The notes beneath the pieces are model-generated. The model was not told the DNA's origin, did not search any database, and was given only the letters and a program-made list of their open reading frames with translations. The translations under genes and the position numbers were made by a program. From positions 64,001-128,000 of the forward strand of contig CAVXWP010000005.1 of assembly GCA_963765495.1 (NCBI GenBank): a stretch of 64,000 nucleotides of DNA, in the 5' to 3' direction. Each line of letters begins with the position of its first letter. Within the stretch, counting starts at the first letter, position 1. Positions 10,200 to 19,711 of the stretch are shown here, piece by piece. The stretch comes from Blastocatellia bacterium (GTDB taxonomy: Bacteria; Acidobacteriota; Blastocatellia; UBA7656).

Positions 10200-13100
10200 A
10201 TGTTTAGACTCGAAAAACTTGAAATCAGCGGCTTCAAATCTTTTGCCGACCGCACGCACCTGAGCTTTGGCGAAGGCATCACGGCTGTTGTCGGGCCAAA
10301 CGGCTGCGGCAAGAGCAATCTGTCGGAAGGCATCTCGTGGGTGCTTGGCGAGCAATCGGCCAAAAACCTGCGCGGCGGCAAGATGGAAGATGTCATCTTC
10401 AACGGCACGCGCGACCGCAAACCCTCCGGTATGGCCGAGGTGGTTTTGACGCTTGTGGCCATCGAAGACATCGCGGCGCGCGAGACCGACGATCTGGAAA
10501 AGGATGAAGAGAGCGAATATGAAAACGCCGTAGAAAGCGCAGAAAAAGCCGCCGAAGCCGCTCGCTCGCTCGTTCAGGAAATCAGCGAAGCCGAAGCATC
10601 AACAAGCACGCCCGACTCAACAAGCGCGCCCGATCAGTCAGACAACTCTGCTCAAACAGATCCGGCGGCGCAGCCGGAAGAGCGCGCGGCATCCGTCATC
10701 ACCGGTCAAAGTCAATCCGCGCTGCTCAAGACCGAGCAGATTGAACAATCAACCCCGGATGAAACTCAGGCGAATGTTCAATCAGAGGCGAAGCCGTCTG
10801 AGCGCAAGCGCGCGCCCAGACGCCGCAAGCGATTGCAGATAGTGATCTCGGCCGGAGAGCGCATAACCGTGGGCCGGAGGCTCTATCGCACGGGCGACAG
10901 CGAATACCTGATGAACGGCAAGCCCTGTCTGTTGCGCGACATTCAGGATCTGTTTGCGGGCACGGGTCTCGGCGGCGCGCACTATGCCATAATCGAGCAG
11001 GGGCGCATTGGCCAGATACTTTCATCCAAGCCGCTTGATCGTCGCGCGCTGATCGAAGAGGCCGCCGGAATCACCAAATTCAAATCCAGAAAACGGACAG
11101 CGGAACTGAAACTGGATTCGGCCAAGCACAACCTGACAAGGCTTAACGACATAATCAGCGAGGTCGAGCGCCAGGTAAACAGCCTCAAGCGCCAGGCTCA
11201 AAAGGCTCGCCGTTATCGAAGACTGCGCGAAGAGATGCGCTCGCTTCTGAAGATAGTATTTACGGCCGATTGCTATCGGCTCAATGACGCAATCGAGCGG
11301 GTGATAAATGAGCTTGCCGCTGCCGAAGGAAAACAAAAAGAGATAGACGCGCATCTGTCAGAGCAGGAGGCGCTTTATCGAGCGGCATCAATCGAAGCGC
11401 GCGAAGCCGAAGACGGGCTTTCCGGCTTGCGCGAGCAACAGGCTGCGATTGAGCTTGAGGTCGATCGAGCGCGAAACCGCCAGGCCTTCGAAGAGCAACA
11501 GAGCAATGAACTGACCGCTCGCATCGAAGAACTCGAACGCGATCAGCAGACGCTCGACTCTCGCCTCACCCTGCTCGACCAGGAATCGGAACGGCGAGCA
11601 ACCGACCTGGCATCGCTTGAAAAAGAGCTGGCCGGCGAGCAGGCGGATTTGCTCAAGCACGAAAGCGAGTATCAGGACGAGACTACCAGCCTGCGCCGGG
11701 CCGAAAGCGAAATCGAACAACTGCGCCAGCGCATGCTCACCGAGATAGGTATAACCGAGCGACTGCGCAATCTGAGCACCAACCTCGAAGACGCGCTGCG
11801 CCGGTTGGACCTCAGACAGACGAATCTGCGGGCGGAACTTGAGCGGGCCAATGCCCGGCTGAGCGAGGCTTCGAGCGAATACTCGCGGGTTGGCGGCGAG
11901 GTCGAAGGCAATCGCGCTCGCGTGGCCGATCTGACCCGGCGTATAGCCGAGCGGGAGGCGGCGCTCGGCGCGCTCAGGGAACAGGTCGCCCGCCTCCGCG
12001 CCGATCTGGAAGCGATTCATACCGAACGCGCGGCGAGCGAACACCGGCTTGCCTCGCTTGAAGACCTCGACGCTCATCACGCCTATTATTCGGATACCGT
12101 TAAGCACGTACTGTCACCCGAACACGCCGCGCGCATAAACGCGATTGGGACCCTCGCGGATTTCGTCGAAGTCGAACCTCAGTATGAACGTCTGGTCGAA
12201 AGCCTGTTTGGTCGTGAGCTTCAAAGCGTACTGGTTCCCACTATTGATGATGCGCTCACGGGGTTGGACTTCATCAAGTCCGAAGAACTGGGTCGGGGCG
12301 CGTTCCTGGTCGTAGGTCTGCACGGCGGCGAAGACGAGGAAGGAGACGAGGGGACGAGGGGACGAGGGGACGCGGAAGGGAGCGACACAGAGACTCGGAG
12401 ACACGAAGATGCGGAGAGGTGGAAGCCTGAGGCCAGGGATTTCCTGGATATTCAATCCGACGCAAACGATGTGGAGGCGTCCTCTTTCGGTTATATTGCT
12501 GGTAAAGATTCGGACCAATCTTTCTCCGCGTCCCCACAGCCCGCCTCACGCTTCGAGCTTGAGGTGTTGCGCGCAAGCGATCTTCTGGGGTTGAGAGCGG
12601 AGATCAGGGCAGTGGTCGAGCGCGCTTTTCCTGAAAAGTGCAACGCTGCCGTTGTGCCGGATATAGAAGCGGCTCTCCAGCTTTCAATCGAAAATCCTTC
12701 GCTTGTCTACATCACTTATGACGGCGAGCAGGTGGTCAACGGCAGATTGATCGTGAGCGGCGCGCAGGCCGGTCGCAAAGGGACTTCGTTGCTCGGTCTC
12801 AAACGCGAGATCAAACAACTGCGAGTGCAGATCGAAACCTTCAGCGGGGAAGAGCAAAAAGCGACCGACGATCTGACCGCCGCTCAACAGGAGCTTCAAG
12901 AGATCGAAAGCGAAGCCGGATCGCTCGATCAGGAACTTCGTCGGCAAGAGAAAGCCGTAGCCGCGCAGGATTCTCAGTTTGAGGGGCTTGCGCGCGACCT
13001 TGAACGCGCAAGCCAGCACGTGCGCGTGGTCGAGGCCGAACTCGGGCAGGCGGGCGAAGAGCGTACGGAGCTTGAATCGCGGATAGAACAGCTGGCCGCA

Positions 13101-14471
13101 GAGCTTGCCGCCGCCGAAAACTCTCAAGCCGAGGTTCAGCAATCGCTCACCACAGCGCAGACAGAGTTTGTAGAGATGCGCGCTCACGCGGAGCAATTCG
13201 CCGAGCAGCTATCGGTCGCGCGCTCTTCGGTGGCTGCGCGGGCGGAGAGGTTGTATGCGGCTCGCGCCGAGAAGCGCCGTATCGAAAACGAAGCCGAAGA
13301 GTTGCGAACTCGAATAAACCGCAACCGGCTTGAGCTTTACGAGAGCCACAATCGCATCGAGCAACTCGCAGCCTCGCAAAAGGAGGTCGGTAGCGCAGCC
13401 GAACGATTCGACGCGAGGCGAACTACGCTCACAGAAGAGATCCATATCGCCGCCGAGGCTCTGAAATCGGCGCGCACGCAAATAGATGAACTTGAATCGG
13501 CGTTAAGCGAACTGAGGCAGGCCGCCTCTGCCGCGCACGACCGTCGGGGCCAGATCGAGGTCGAACGAGCGCGGATCGAATCCGAGGCCGAACATCTGGC
13601 ACGAACCTGTCTGTCCGAGCTTGGCATGTCGCTCGAAGACGTTGTGACCAGCGTCGAACTCGGCCGACAGGGGGCAGCGGACGGCGGCCGATGGCCGGAA
13701 GACGCTGATCTTCAAGATGTCGGCGAAAGCCAGATGCCTGAGAGCGATCAGGAGATTAAGCAAATCGCAAAACCTGATAGCAAAGAACCGACCCCCGACC
13801 CCCGACCCCCGACCACTGCCTTTGATGCGGAGGACGCAAGGGCGAGACTCGAAGAGTTGCGCGTAAAGCTCGAAGACATGGGAGCGGTGAATATGATGGC
13901 GCTCGAAGAGCTTGAGGAATCGGAAGAGCGATTCCGGTTCTTATCCGAACAACGGCGCGACATCCTCGACTCGATCAAGATGACCGAGGAAGCGTTATCT
14001 GAGATCAAGCGCAGATCGCGCGAGCGGTTCCGCCACGCGTTCTCTCATATAAATCAGAATTTTCAACAGATGTTTGTTGAGCTTTTCGGAGGCGGTCGGG
14101 GAGAGATGATCCTCATTGATGAGGATGACGTGCTGGAGTCGGGCATCGATCTGATCGCGCAGCCGCCGGGCAAGCGGCTCCAGAATGTGCTGCTATTGAG
14201 CGGCGGCGAAAAGGCCATGGCGGCAATCGCTCTGGTGCTGGCCATATTCCAGTACCGCCCCTCGCCTTTCTGCATACTCGATGAAGTTGACGCGCCGCTT
14301 GACGAGATGAACGTAGGCCGCTTTTCGGATAAAGTCATACAGATGAGCAGCGATACTCAATTTCTGGTCATCACACACAACAAGCGCACTATGGAAGCGG
14401 CCCGCGCGCTTTACGGTGTCACAATGGAAGAACCCGGCGTATCCAAACTGGTCTCGGTCAAGTTCGAATAG
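10200..14471 (+). CDS. smc: Chromosome segregation protein SMC
   Basis: MFRLEKLEISGFKSF, Walker A GPNGCGKSN, signature LSGGEK, Walker B ILDEVDAPLD, long coiled coils and hinge; start moved to ATG 10200. Confidence 0.97.
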   Translation: MFRLEKLEISGFKSFADRTHLSFGEGITAVVGPNGCGKSNLSEGISWVLGEQSAKNLRGGKMEDVIFNGTRDRKPSGMAEVVLTLVAIEDIAARETDDLEKDEESEYENAVESAEKAAEAARSLVQEISEAEASTSTPDSTSAPDQSDNSAQTDPAAQPEERAASVITGQSQSALLKTEQIEQSTPDETQANVQSEAKPSERKRAPRRRKRLQIVISAGERITVGRRLYRTGDSEYLMNGKPCLLRDIQDLFAGTGLGGAHYAIIEQGRIGQILSSKPLDRRALIEEAAGITKFKSRKRTAELKLDSAKHNLTRLNDIISEVERQVNSLKRQAQKARRYRRLREEMRSLLKIVFTADCYRLNDAIERVINELAAAEGKQKEIDAHLSEQEALYRAASIEAREAEDGLSGLREQQAAIELEVDRARNRQAFEEQQSNELTARIEELERDQQTLDSRLTLLDQESERRATDLASLEKELAGEQADLLKHESEYQDETTSLRRAESEIEQLRQRMLTEIGITERLRNLSTNLEDALRRLDLRQTNLRAELERANARLSEASSEYSRVGGEVEGNRARVADLTRRIAEREAALGALREQVARLRADLEAIHTERAASEHRLASLEDLDAHHAYYSDTVKHVLSPEHAARINAIGTLADFVEVEPQYERLVESLFGRELQSVLVPTIDDALTGLDFIKSEELGRGAFLVVGLHGGEDEEGDEGTRGRGDAEGSDTETRRHEDAERWKPEARDFLDIQSDANDVEASSFGYIAGKDSDQSFSASPQPASRFELEVLRASDLLGLRAEIRAVVERAFPEKCNAAVVPDIEAALQLSIENPSLVYITYDGEQVVNGRLIVSGAQAGRKGTSLLGLKREIKQLRVQIETFSGEEQKATDDLTAAQQELQEIESEAGSLDQELRRQEKAVAAQDSQFEGLARDLERASQHVRVVEAELGQAGEERTELESRIEQLAAELAAAENSQAEVQQSLTTAQTEFVEMRAHAEQFAEQLSVARSSVAARAERLYAARAEKRRIENEAEELRTRINRNRLELYESHNRIEQLAASQKEVGSAAERFDARRTTLTEEIHIAAEALKSARTQIDELESALSELRQAASAAHDRRGQIEVERARIESEAEHLARTCLSELGMSLEDVVTSVELGRQGAADGGRWPEDADLQDVGESQMPESDQEIKQIAKPDSKEPTPDPRPPTTAFDAEDARARLEELRVKLEDMGAVNMMALEELEESEERFRFLSEQRRDILDSIKMTEEALSEIKRRSRERFRHAFSHINQNFQQMFVELFGGGRGEMILIDEDDVLESGIDLIAQPPGKRLQNVLLLSGGEKAMAAIALVLAIFQYRPSPFCILDEVDAPLDEMNVGRFSDKVIQMSSDTQFLVITHNKRTMEAARALYGVTMEEPGVSKLVSVKFE
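12342..12550. repeat. In-frame octamer tandem/inverted repeat element in the smc hinge
   Basis: GGGGACGA-type units at 12342-12418 and a complementary arm TCTCCGCGTCCCC at about 12523-12535. Confidence 0.65.
13670..13814. repeat. In-frame heptamer repeat element in the smc C-terminal coiled coil
   Basis: (CCGACCC)x4 at 13788-13814; degenerate G-rich opposite arm at about 13670-13698. Confidence 0.65.
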
Positions 14472-14480
14472 GAGGTTTCG

Positions 14481-15218
14481 GTGGTTGTAACAAGGGCAAA
14501 CGGAAAAGGCAAAGATGTAATAAGGATGGCAATTTTTATCTCTTTCTGCCTTTTATCATTTCATTTTTTCCGCCCGAATGCCCGGGCGCAGGACGGCGCA
14601 GGCAATACGCCGCCTGCCGCGATGAGTTTTGGCTACCGCTTTGAAAACCCGAAATTTTACATCCCTCTGATCGAGCTCGATATAGCGGCTGACGGTCAGG
14701 GTGAAGTCAGATTCAAGCGGGGCGAATCCGACGAAATGCTGGACCGCAAGCTCAAGGTTTTACCCGATACGCTCGCGCGCATCCGCCAGTTGATGGCCAC
14801 CACCGAGTTTCTGACCTCCGACGAAGATTATCAGTTCAAGAAAGATTTCTCTCACATGGGATGGATGACCATAACTGCACGCGCGGGGAGCCGCGAGCGT
14901 TCGGCGAGGTTCAATTACACTTCAAATCCCGCCATGGCCGAGTTGAGCGAGATATTTCGCGGCATAGCGACTCAAGAGATTCACCTGTTCGATCTTGATC
15001 TGGCCCAACAGTTTCAGCCGCTCGATGTGCCGCGACAACTCGACTCGCTCGAGAGCGATTTGCGGTTGTCGCGAGTGACCGAGCCTGAGCAACTGCTGCC
15101 CGCGTTGCGCGACATAACCGACAATTACGGGGTGCCATTGATGGCTCGCAATCAGGCGGGTCGCCTGGTAGAGGCCATCGAAAAGAAGAAGTATAAATCG
15201 CCGATCAAATCGAAGTGA
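14481..15218 (+). CDS. Hypothetical exported protein
   Basis: GGAGG SD straight after the smc stop; signal-like segment ending ARA-Q; start could be ATG 14526. Confidence 0.7.
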   Translation: MVVTRANGKGKDVIRMAIFISFCLLSFHFFRPNARAQDGAGNTPPAAMSFGYRFENPKFYIPLIELDIAADGQGEVRFKRGESDEMLDRKLKVLPDTLARIRQLMATTEFLTSDEDYQFKKDFSHMGWMTITARAGSRERSARFNYTSNPAMAELSEIFRGIATQEIHLFDLDLAQQFQPLDVPRQLDSLESDLRLSRVTEPEQLLPALRDITDNYGVPLMARNQAGRLVEAIEKKKYKSPIKSK

Positions 15219-15320
15219 TGCGTAATGAGTGAAGCGTGATGCGTGATGCGTGATTGTCAGACTGATGGTTTTCACGGGTCAGCCTCAAATCACGCATCAC
15301 GCTTCATGCTTCACTCATCA
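15215..15320. repeat. Heptamer tandem inverted repeat (GTGATGC / GCATCAC)
   Basis: Left arm 15215-15255 and complementary right arm 15288-15320. Confidence 0.85.
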
Positions 15321-15328
15321 TCTCTGCT

Positions 15329-16663
15329 ATGCTCATCCCGCGAGGCAAAGCCCTACACGAAAATCTGGCTACGAGCTATGTGCTTGTAGACAATCTGATT
15401 GCCGATCTGTGTGAAGGCGGATTTTCGGGTGTCGTAGAGGTTGTGCTGCGCGATACGGACAGCTACATAATGATTGATCGCGGAAGTGTGGCCGTGGCAG
15501 TCGAAAAACGTGGCAAGGCGGATTATTCGCCCGCGACCGTGACCGCGATTGCGGCGCGGGCCCGCCGGGAGCGAGGGCGCGTTTCCATCTATAGCTTTTC
15601 TGTGATTGCCATAGGCGCGCTGGCCGGATACTTTACTTCCGAACCGCTCTATACCGACCTGAGCACCGAGTTCGCCGACCTTGAAAAGATGATCTCTAAA
15701 TTAAGCCGCGAACGGGACCGTCAGTGGTTTATAAAAGTCACTATGGAAAACGACTCTACGGCGCTGCTTCAAATAGAAGAGAATAAGTGCCGTGTGGTGA
15801 GGCTGGACGAAGATGCGTCCTCGGGCAATACCGGGGGGCTGGATCGGTCGAGCAATCCCGCGCTTTCAAGCCTGCTCGAAGAGTGCAACCGAGTTGGAGG
15901 AAAATTCGATGTATATTTCAAGCAGTCTGGCGAGCCAGTCCCAAACGCATACGCCGCAAGCGCGACCGAAGACCAGGCGCTCGATTCTGCTCAACCTGAA
16001 AGTACGGGGTACGAAATCAATGCTTCCGATTCGATTCGGTCAGAGCAATATACTCCCGCTGAAATGGCCCAGCCCTATCGTCTGAACGACTTGCACGAAG
16101 AACTTATGATCGGCCCGCAGAATAAAGATTCACAGGCGCAGCCCCGGGCTGCCGGTTTGCCTGAATCAATGACTCAGATTGTTCTGTCAGATATTGACGA
16201 AACCGAAGGCTCCGCCCCCAACGCCCAGCAGGAGGCAGATGCTCTGGAAATGGCCCGGGAAGCCCTGACAATGGCCGAGGTCAAGCGCCTGACGGGCGAG
16301 ATTACCCGTACAATCGAAGACGCGACGCGAGCCGTCGAGATAAAAGATATTTTTTCTATGCACCTGCGAGCCGGGCAATTGCAGGTAGCCGACCGCTATC
16401 CGTTTCTTGATCCATTCGGCGTGGAGTTCGAATATCTTGCGGGCGAGATCGTTTTTGTTGGGAAAGCCAGGTCTTCGGATTTCATAGCCGGGCTGACCGA
16501 GGCGCTAAAACTTGCCGTGGCGAGTGTGGTCACGGCAAGTTCTCAACCTGCGCGATTGCGTGCCATAATCAAAGAAGACTTGCGCAAGCTCGCCGAGCAC
16601 TTCCGGGAGGAGCTTGCACAGTTCGGACTCGATGAATCTATCGAAAGAATAATTGCCGACTAG
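15329..16663 (+). CDS. Hypothetical protein (N-terminal DUF2226/DUF4388-like region, disordered linker, helical C-terminus)
   Basis: 444-aa ORF; N-terminal LIPRGKALHENL...GFSGVVEV pattern; family call tentative. Confidence 0.6.
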   Translation: MLIPRGKALHENLATSYVLVDNLIADLCEGGFSGVVEVVLRDTDSYIMIDRGSVAVAVEKRGKADYSPATVTAIAARARRERGRVSIYSFSVIAIGALAGYFTSEPLYTDLSTEFADLEKMISKLSRERDRQWFIKVTMENDSTALLQIEENKCRVVRLDEDASSGNTGGLDRSSNPALSSLLEECNRVGGKFDVYFKQSGEPVPNAYAASATEDQALDSAQPESTGYEINASDSIRSEQYTPAEMAQPYRLNDLHEELMIGPQNKDSQAQPRAAGLPESMTQIVLSDIDETEGSAPNAQQEADALEMAREALTMAEVKRLTGEITRTIEDATRAVEIKDIFSMHLRAGQLQVADRYPFLDPFGVEFEYLAGEIVFVGKARSSDFIAGLTEALKLAVASVVTASSQPARLRAIIKEDLRKLAEHFREELAQFGLDESIERIIAD

Positions 16664-16723
16664 AGCAGTTTCGCATACCTTGCACATTGAAAAGTAAGCT
16701 CGTTGATTTCTCGTCGGGCAACT

Positions 16724-16766
16724 CCCATTTGAGATTTCAGTTTTGAAATTTGACATTTCAGATGGG
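16724..16766. repeat. TTTGAGA-type heptamer palindromic element
   Basis: CCCATTTGAGATTTCAG...TTTCAGATGGG. Confidence 0.6.
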
Positions 16767-16914
16767 CAGAAGTGAAATGAATTCCCCCGCTCTGTTTCTG
16801 CCTTAAACCACACTCAAACAAAAGCGGCTTTCGCGCCGGGCAGGTTTTCGGTATAAATAGTATTTGTTTTATCAGGCATCCAACCTCAAAAATTCATCTG
16901 TAAGGAGAAAATAA

Positions 16915-19125
16915 ATGCGACGCAATTTCTATTTATTTGTCACCCTCCTGCTTCTGGTTTCTCTATCATCCGTGGCCCTGGCTCAAGAGAAACAACTCAC
17001 GCTTGATGATATATATGAGCCGGGAAAGAAGATTGACTTCAGTGGCTCGCCTACTGCCAGGCTCCGCTGGCTCAAAGACGGAAATCACTATTTGCAGGTC
17101 AAACGAGACGCCGAGGCGCGAACCTCTCGCCTCATGAAAGTAAACGCGCTTACGGGCAAGGCGGAGCCCTTCTATGATGCCGCGAAGATGGAATCAGCTT
17201 TTGCATCGCTTCCCGGATTCAGCCGGGAAGACGCCCGAAAGCTGGCCAATCGCGGTTCTTATCAGATGAATGAAGCTCAAAGCGCGGCGCTGATAAATTA
17301 TGCCAACGACCTTTTCTACTACGAATTCGGCGCTGATAAGGCCATCCGTCTTACCAACAATTCAGATGAAGAAGTGGGCGAAGAGTTCAGCCCCGATGGC
17401 CGCATGATCAGCTACATTCGCAACTACAACATCTACGTCGTAGACATAGCCGGGCAGCACGAACGCGCGCTGACCCGTGATGGGGGGCCAAAACTCTTTT
17501 ACGGACGGCTGGATTGGGTTTATCAGGAAGAGCTATACGGGCGCGGCAACTTTAAGGGTTACTGGTGGAGCCCCGATTCTACGCGAATCGCCTTTCTCAA
17601 ACTGGACGAATCCCCCGTGCACGAGTTCACCGTTATAGATCACATCCCGCATCTTCAGGAGGTGGAAAATACGGCCTATCCGCAAGCCGGCGATCCGAAC
17701 CCCGAGGTGCAACTCGGCGTGATCAAGGCCGCCGGAGGCGATATTCAATGGGTGGATACATTCAATTATGAGGGGGGCGATATACTGATAGTCAGGGTAG
17801 GATGGACGCCCGACTCTCAATCGGTGGTCTACCAGATTCAGGACCGCGAGCAAACCTGGCTCGATTTGAATTACGCAAACCCGGATTCGGGCCAGTCAAA
17901 AAACGTCCTCAAAGAGAGATCGAAAACATGGTTTGAAGTCATAGACGAGCCCTACTGGTTGAAGGACGGCAGCTTCCTCTGGTTGAGCGACCGCGACGGC
18001 TGGCAGCATATCTATCACTATTCGCACGACGGCAAGTTGATAAAGCAGGTGACGGAAGGCAAATGGGAAGCCCGCTCGCTTGAAGGCGTGGATGAAGCGG
18101 GAGGCTGGATTTATTTTAACGGGACGGAGCACTCTCCTATCGAAAATAACGCCTATCGCATAAAGCTCGATGGCACACAGTTGACGCGCCTGACCGAAAA
18201 GGAAGGAAATCATCAGGTCAGTTTCAATCCGAATGCCAGCCTCTACATCGACACCTGGAGCGATGTGACCACTCCGCCACAGGTGCGCCTGTTCAAGGCC
18301 AATGGCGAGTTTGCTCGCGCGATTGATGAAAATAAGGTCGAGGTCTTGAATCAGTATAAACTGAGCAAGCCGGAGTTCTTGCACGTCAATACGCGAGACG
18401 GATTCCAGATGGAAGCTATGATGATAAAGCCGCCCGATTTCGATCCGTCGAAAAAGTACCCGGTCATGAGCTTTACTTATTCGGGCCCGCACGCGCCGCA
18501 GGTCCGTAATGCTTGGATGGGCACAGGCTATATGTACTTCCAGTTGCTTGCCCAGAAGGGCTATATCGTCTGGGTTCTCGATAACCGCACGGCGAGCGGT
18601 AAAGGAAGCCAGTCAACGTGGCTGGTCTTTCACAACTTCGGCGAGCTTGAACTAAAAGACCTCCTCGACGGGGTCTCGTACCTCAAGAGCCTGCCCTATG
18701 TGGACGGCTCGCGTATAGGATTGACAGGGTGGAGCTTTGGCGGCTTCATGACGACCTATGCCCTGACGCATAGCGATGCTTTTCGCATAGGTATAGCCGG
18801 GGGCAGCGTCACCGACTGGCGTCTGTACGATTCCATCTACACCGAGCGATACATGGGAACGCCGCAAAACAATCCAGAAGGTTATGAAAAGAGCGCGCCC
18901 CTTAATGCAGCCAAAAACCTTCACGGCAAACTGCTCCTGATTCACGGCGCAATGGATGATAATGTTCATATGCAGAACACGATTCAATTTGTTTACGAAC
19001 TGCAAAAAGCGGGCAAGCAATTCGACCTGATGTTGTATCCAAAATCACGTCACGGTGTAAGTGATCCGTTGCTGGTCAAACATATGCGGGCGATGATGAC
19101 GGAGTTCATCCTGAAGAATCTGTAA
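16915..19125 (+). CDS. Dipeptidyl peptidase IV (S9B family)
   Basis: Signal peptide; DWVYQEE; GWSFGG nucleophile; DDNVH; C-terminal His (SRHGV). Confidence 0.93.
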   Translation: MRRNFYLFVTLLLLVSLSSVALAQEKQLTLDDIYEPGKKIDFSGSPTARLRWLKDGNHYLQVKRDAEARTSRLMKVNALTGKAEPFYDAAKMESAFASLPGFSREDARKLANRGSYQMNEAQSAALINYANDLFYYEFGADKAIRLTNNSDEEVGEEFSPDGRMISYIRNYNIYVVDIAGQHERALTRDGGPKLFYGRLDWVYQEELYGRGNFKGYWWSPDSTRIAFLKLDESPVHEFTVIDHIPHLQEVENTAYPQAGDPNPEVQLGVIKAAGGDIQWVDTFNYEGGDILIVRVGWTPDSQSVVYQIQDREQTWLDLNYANPDSGQSKNVLKERSKTWFEVIDEPYWLKDGSFLWLSDRDGWQHIYHYSHDGKLIKQVTEGKWEARSLEGVDEAGGWIYFNGTEHSPIENNAYRIKLDGTQLTRLTEKEGNHQVSFNPNASLYIDTWSDVTTPPQVRLFKANGEFARAIDENKVEVLNQYKLSKPEFLHVNTRDGFQMEAMMIKPPDFDPSKKYPVMSFTYSGPHAPQVRNAWMGTGYMYFQLLAQKGYIVWVLDNRTASGKGSQSTWLVFHNFGELELKDLLDGVSYLKSLPYVDGSRIGLTGWSFGGFMTTYALTHSDAFRIGIAGGSVTDWRLYDSIYTERYMGTPQNNPEGYEKSAPLNAAKNLHGKLLLIHGAMDDNVHMQNTIQFVYELQKAGKQFDLMLYPKSRHGVSDPLLVKHMRAMMTEFILKNL

Positions 19126-19303
19126 AGCAGTCATCGACGGGGATTTTTTGAGTAGCTGGTTTCGGGCGTCCGAGCGAGAAAGCGATTTCTGGCGGAGACG
19201 CTCGATTTCATGTAAATATTGATGTTAGTGAATTTAATCTAAAAGCGAGCAAGAGTATGGGTTGAGCCGAGTGGAAGGCTGGGGCGTGAAATCATCCCTA
19301 CGA

Positions 19304-19330
19304 CTGCCTCAGATCGATGACCTGAGGCAG
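19304..19330. terminator. Hairpin between convergent genes
   Basis: CTGCCTCAG-N9-CTGAGGCAG; no clear U-tract. Confidence 0.4.
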
Positions 19331-19339
19331 CCGCTCAAT

Positions 19340-19492
19340 CTATTCTGAAACAGCGTAGCGGTGTCCTTCGGAATCGCTGATCCCGCTACCCGTCTCCGAA
19401 TGAAATCTATGACCTAACGGGCATGTAAACCACACCGAGTCCTCGGTACTGGCTACCCGTCGGAGGGGGTTAAAACATTTTGGGCATTTCAT
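19340..19492 (-). CDS. 50-aa zinc-ribbon microprotein, probably leaderless
   Basis: MKCPKC...WFTCPLGHRF; extended -10 TGcTACAAT ends 6 nt before the ATG. Confidence 0.6.
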   Translation of the reverse strand: MKCPKCFNPLRRVASTEDSVWFTCPLGHRFHSETGSGISDSEGHRYAVSE

Positions 19493-19682
19493 GGTTTGAT
19501 TGTAGCACAGGTTTTTTCTTTTGTGCGTTTTTTCTTTATTTCGTGGCTCTATATTTTCATCCACTTCTCCCAGGAAACCTGTTTTGATCGGCAAATCGAG
19601 TCGGGTCAAATAATTAGCGTTTATAGCCGCTCATTCAGGATAAGGCTGGCTCGCAGGTTTGTAATTGATGCCATATTTATTA

Positions 19683-19711
19683 TTGACAATCCTCAGGACA
19701 CGCCGTAGACT
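19683..19711 (+). promoter_or_regulatory. sigma70 promoter
   Basis: TTGACA-N17-TAGACT. Confidence 0.65.

Noticed and set aside
10455-10850. Intein in SMC
   Set aside because: No intein terminal residues or splicing/LAGLIDADG blocks; low complexity instead
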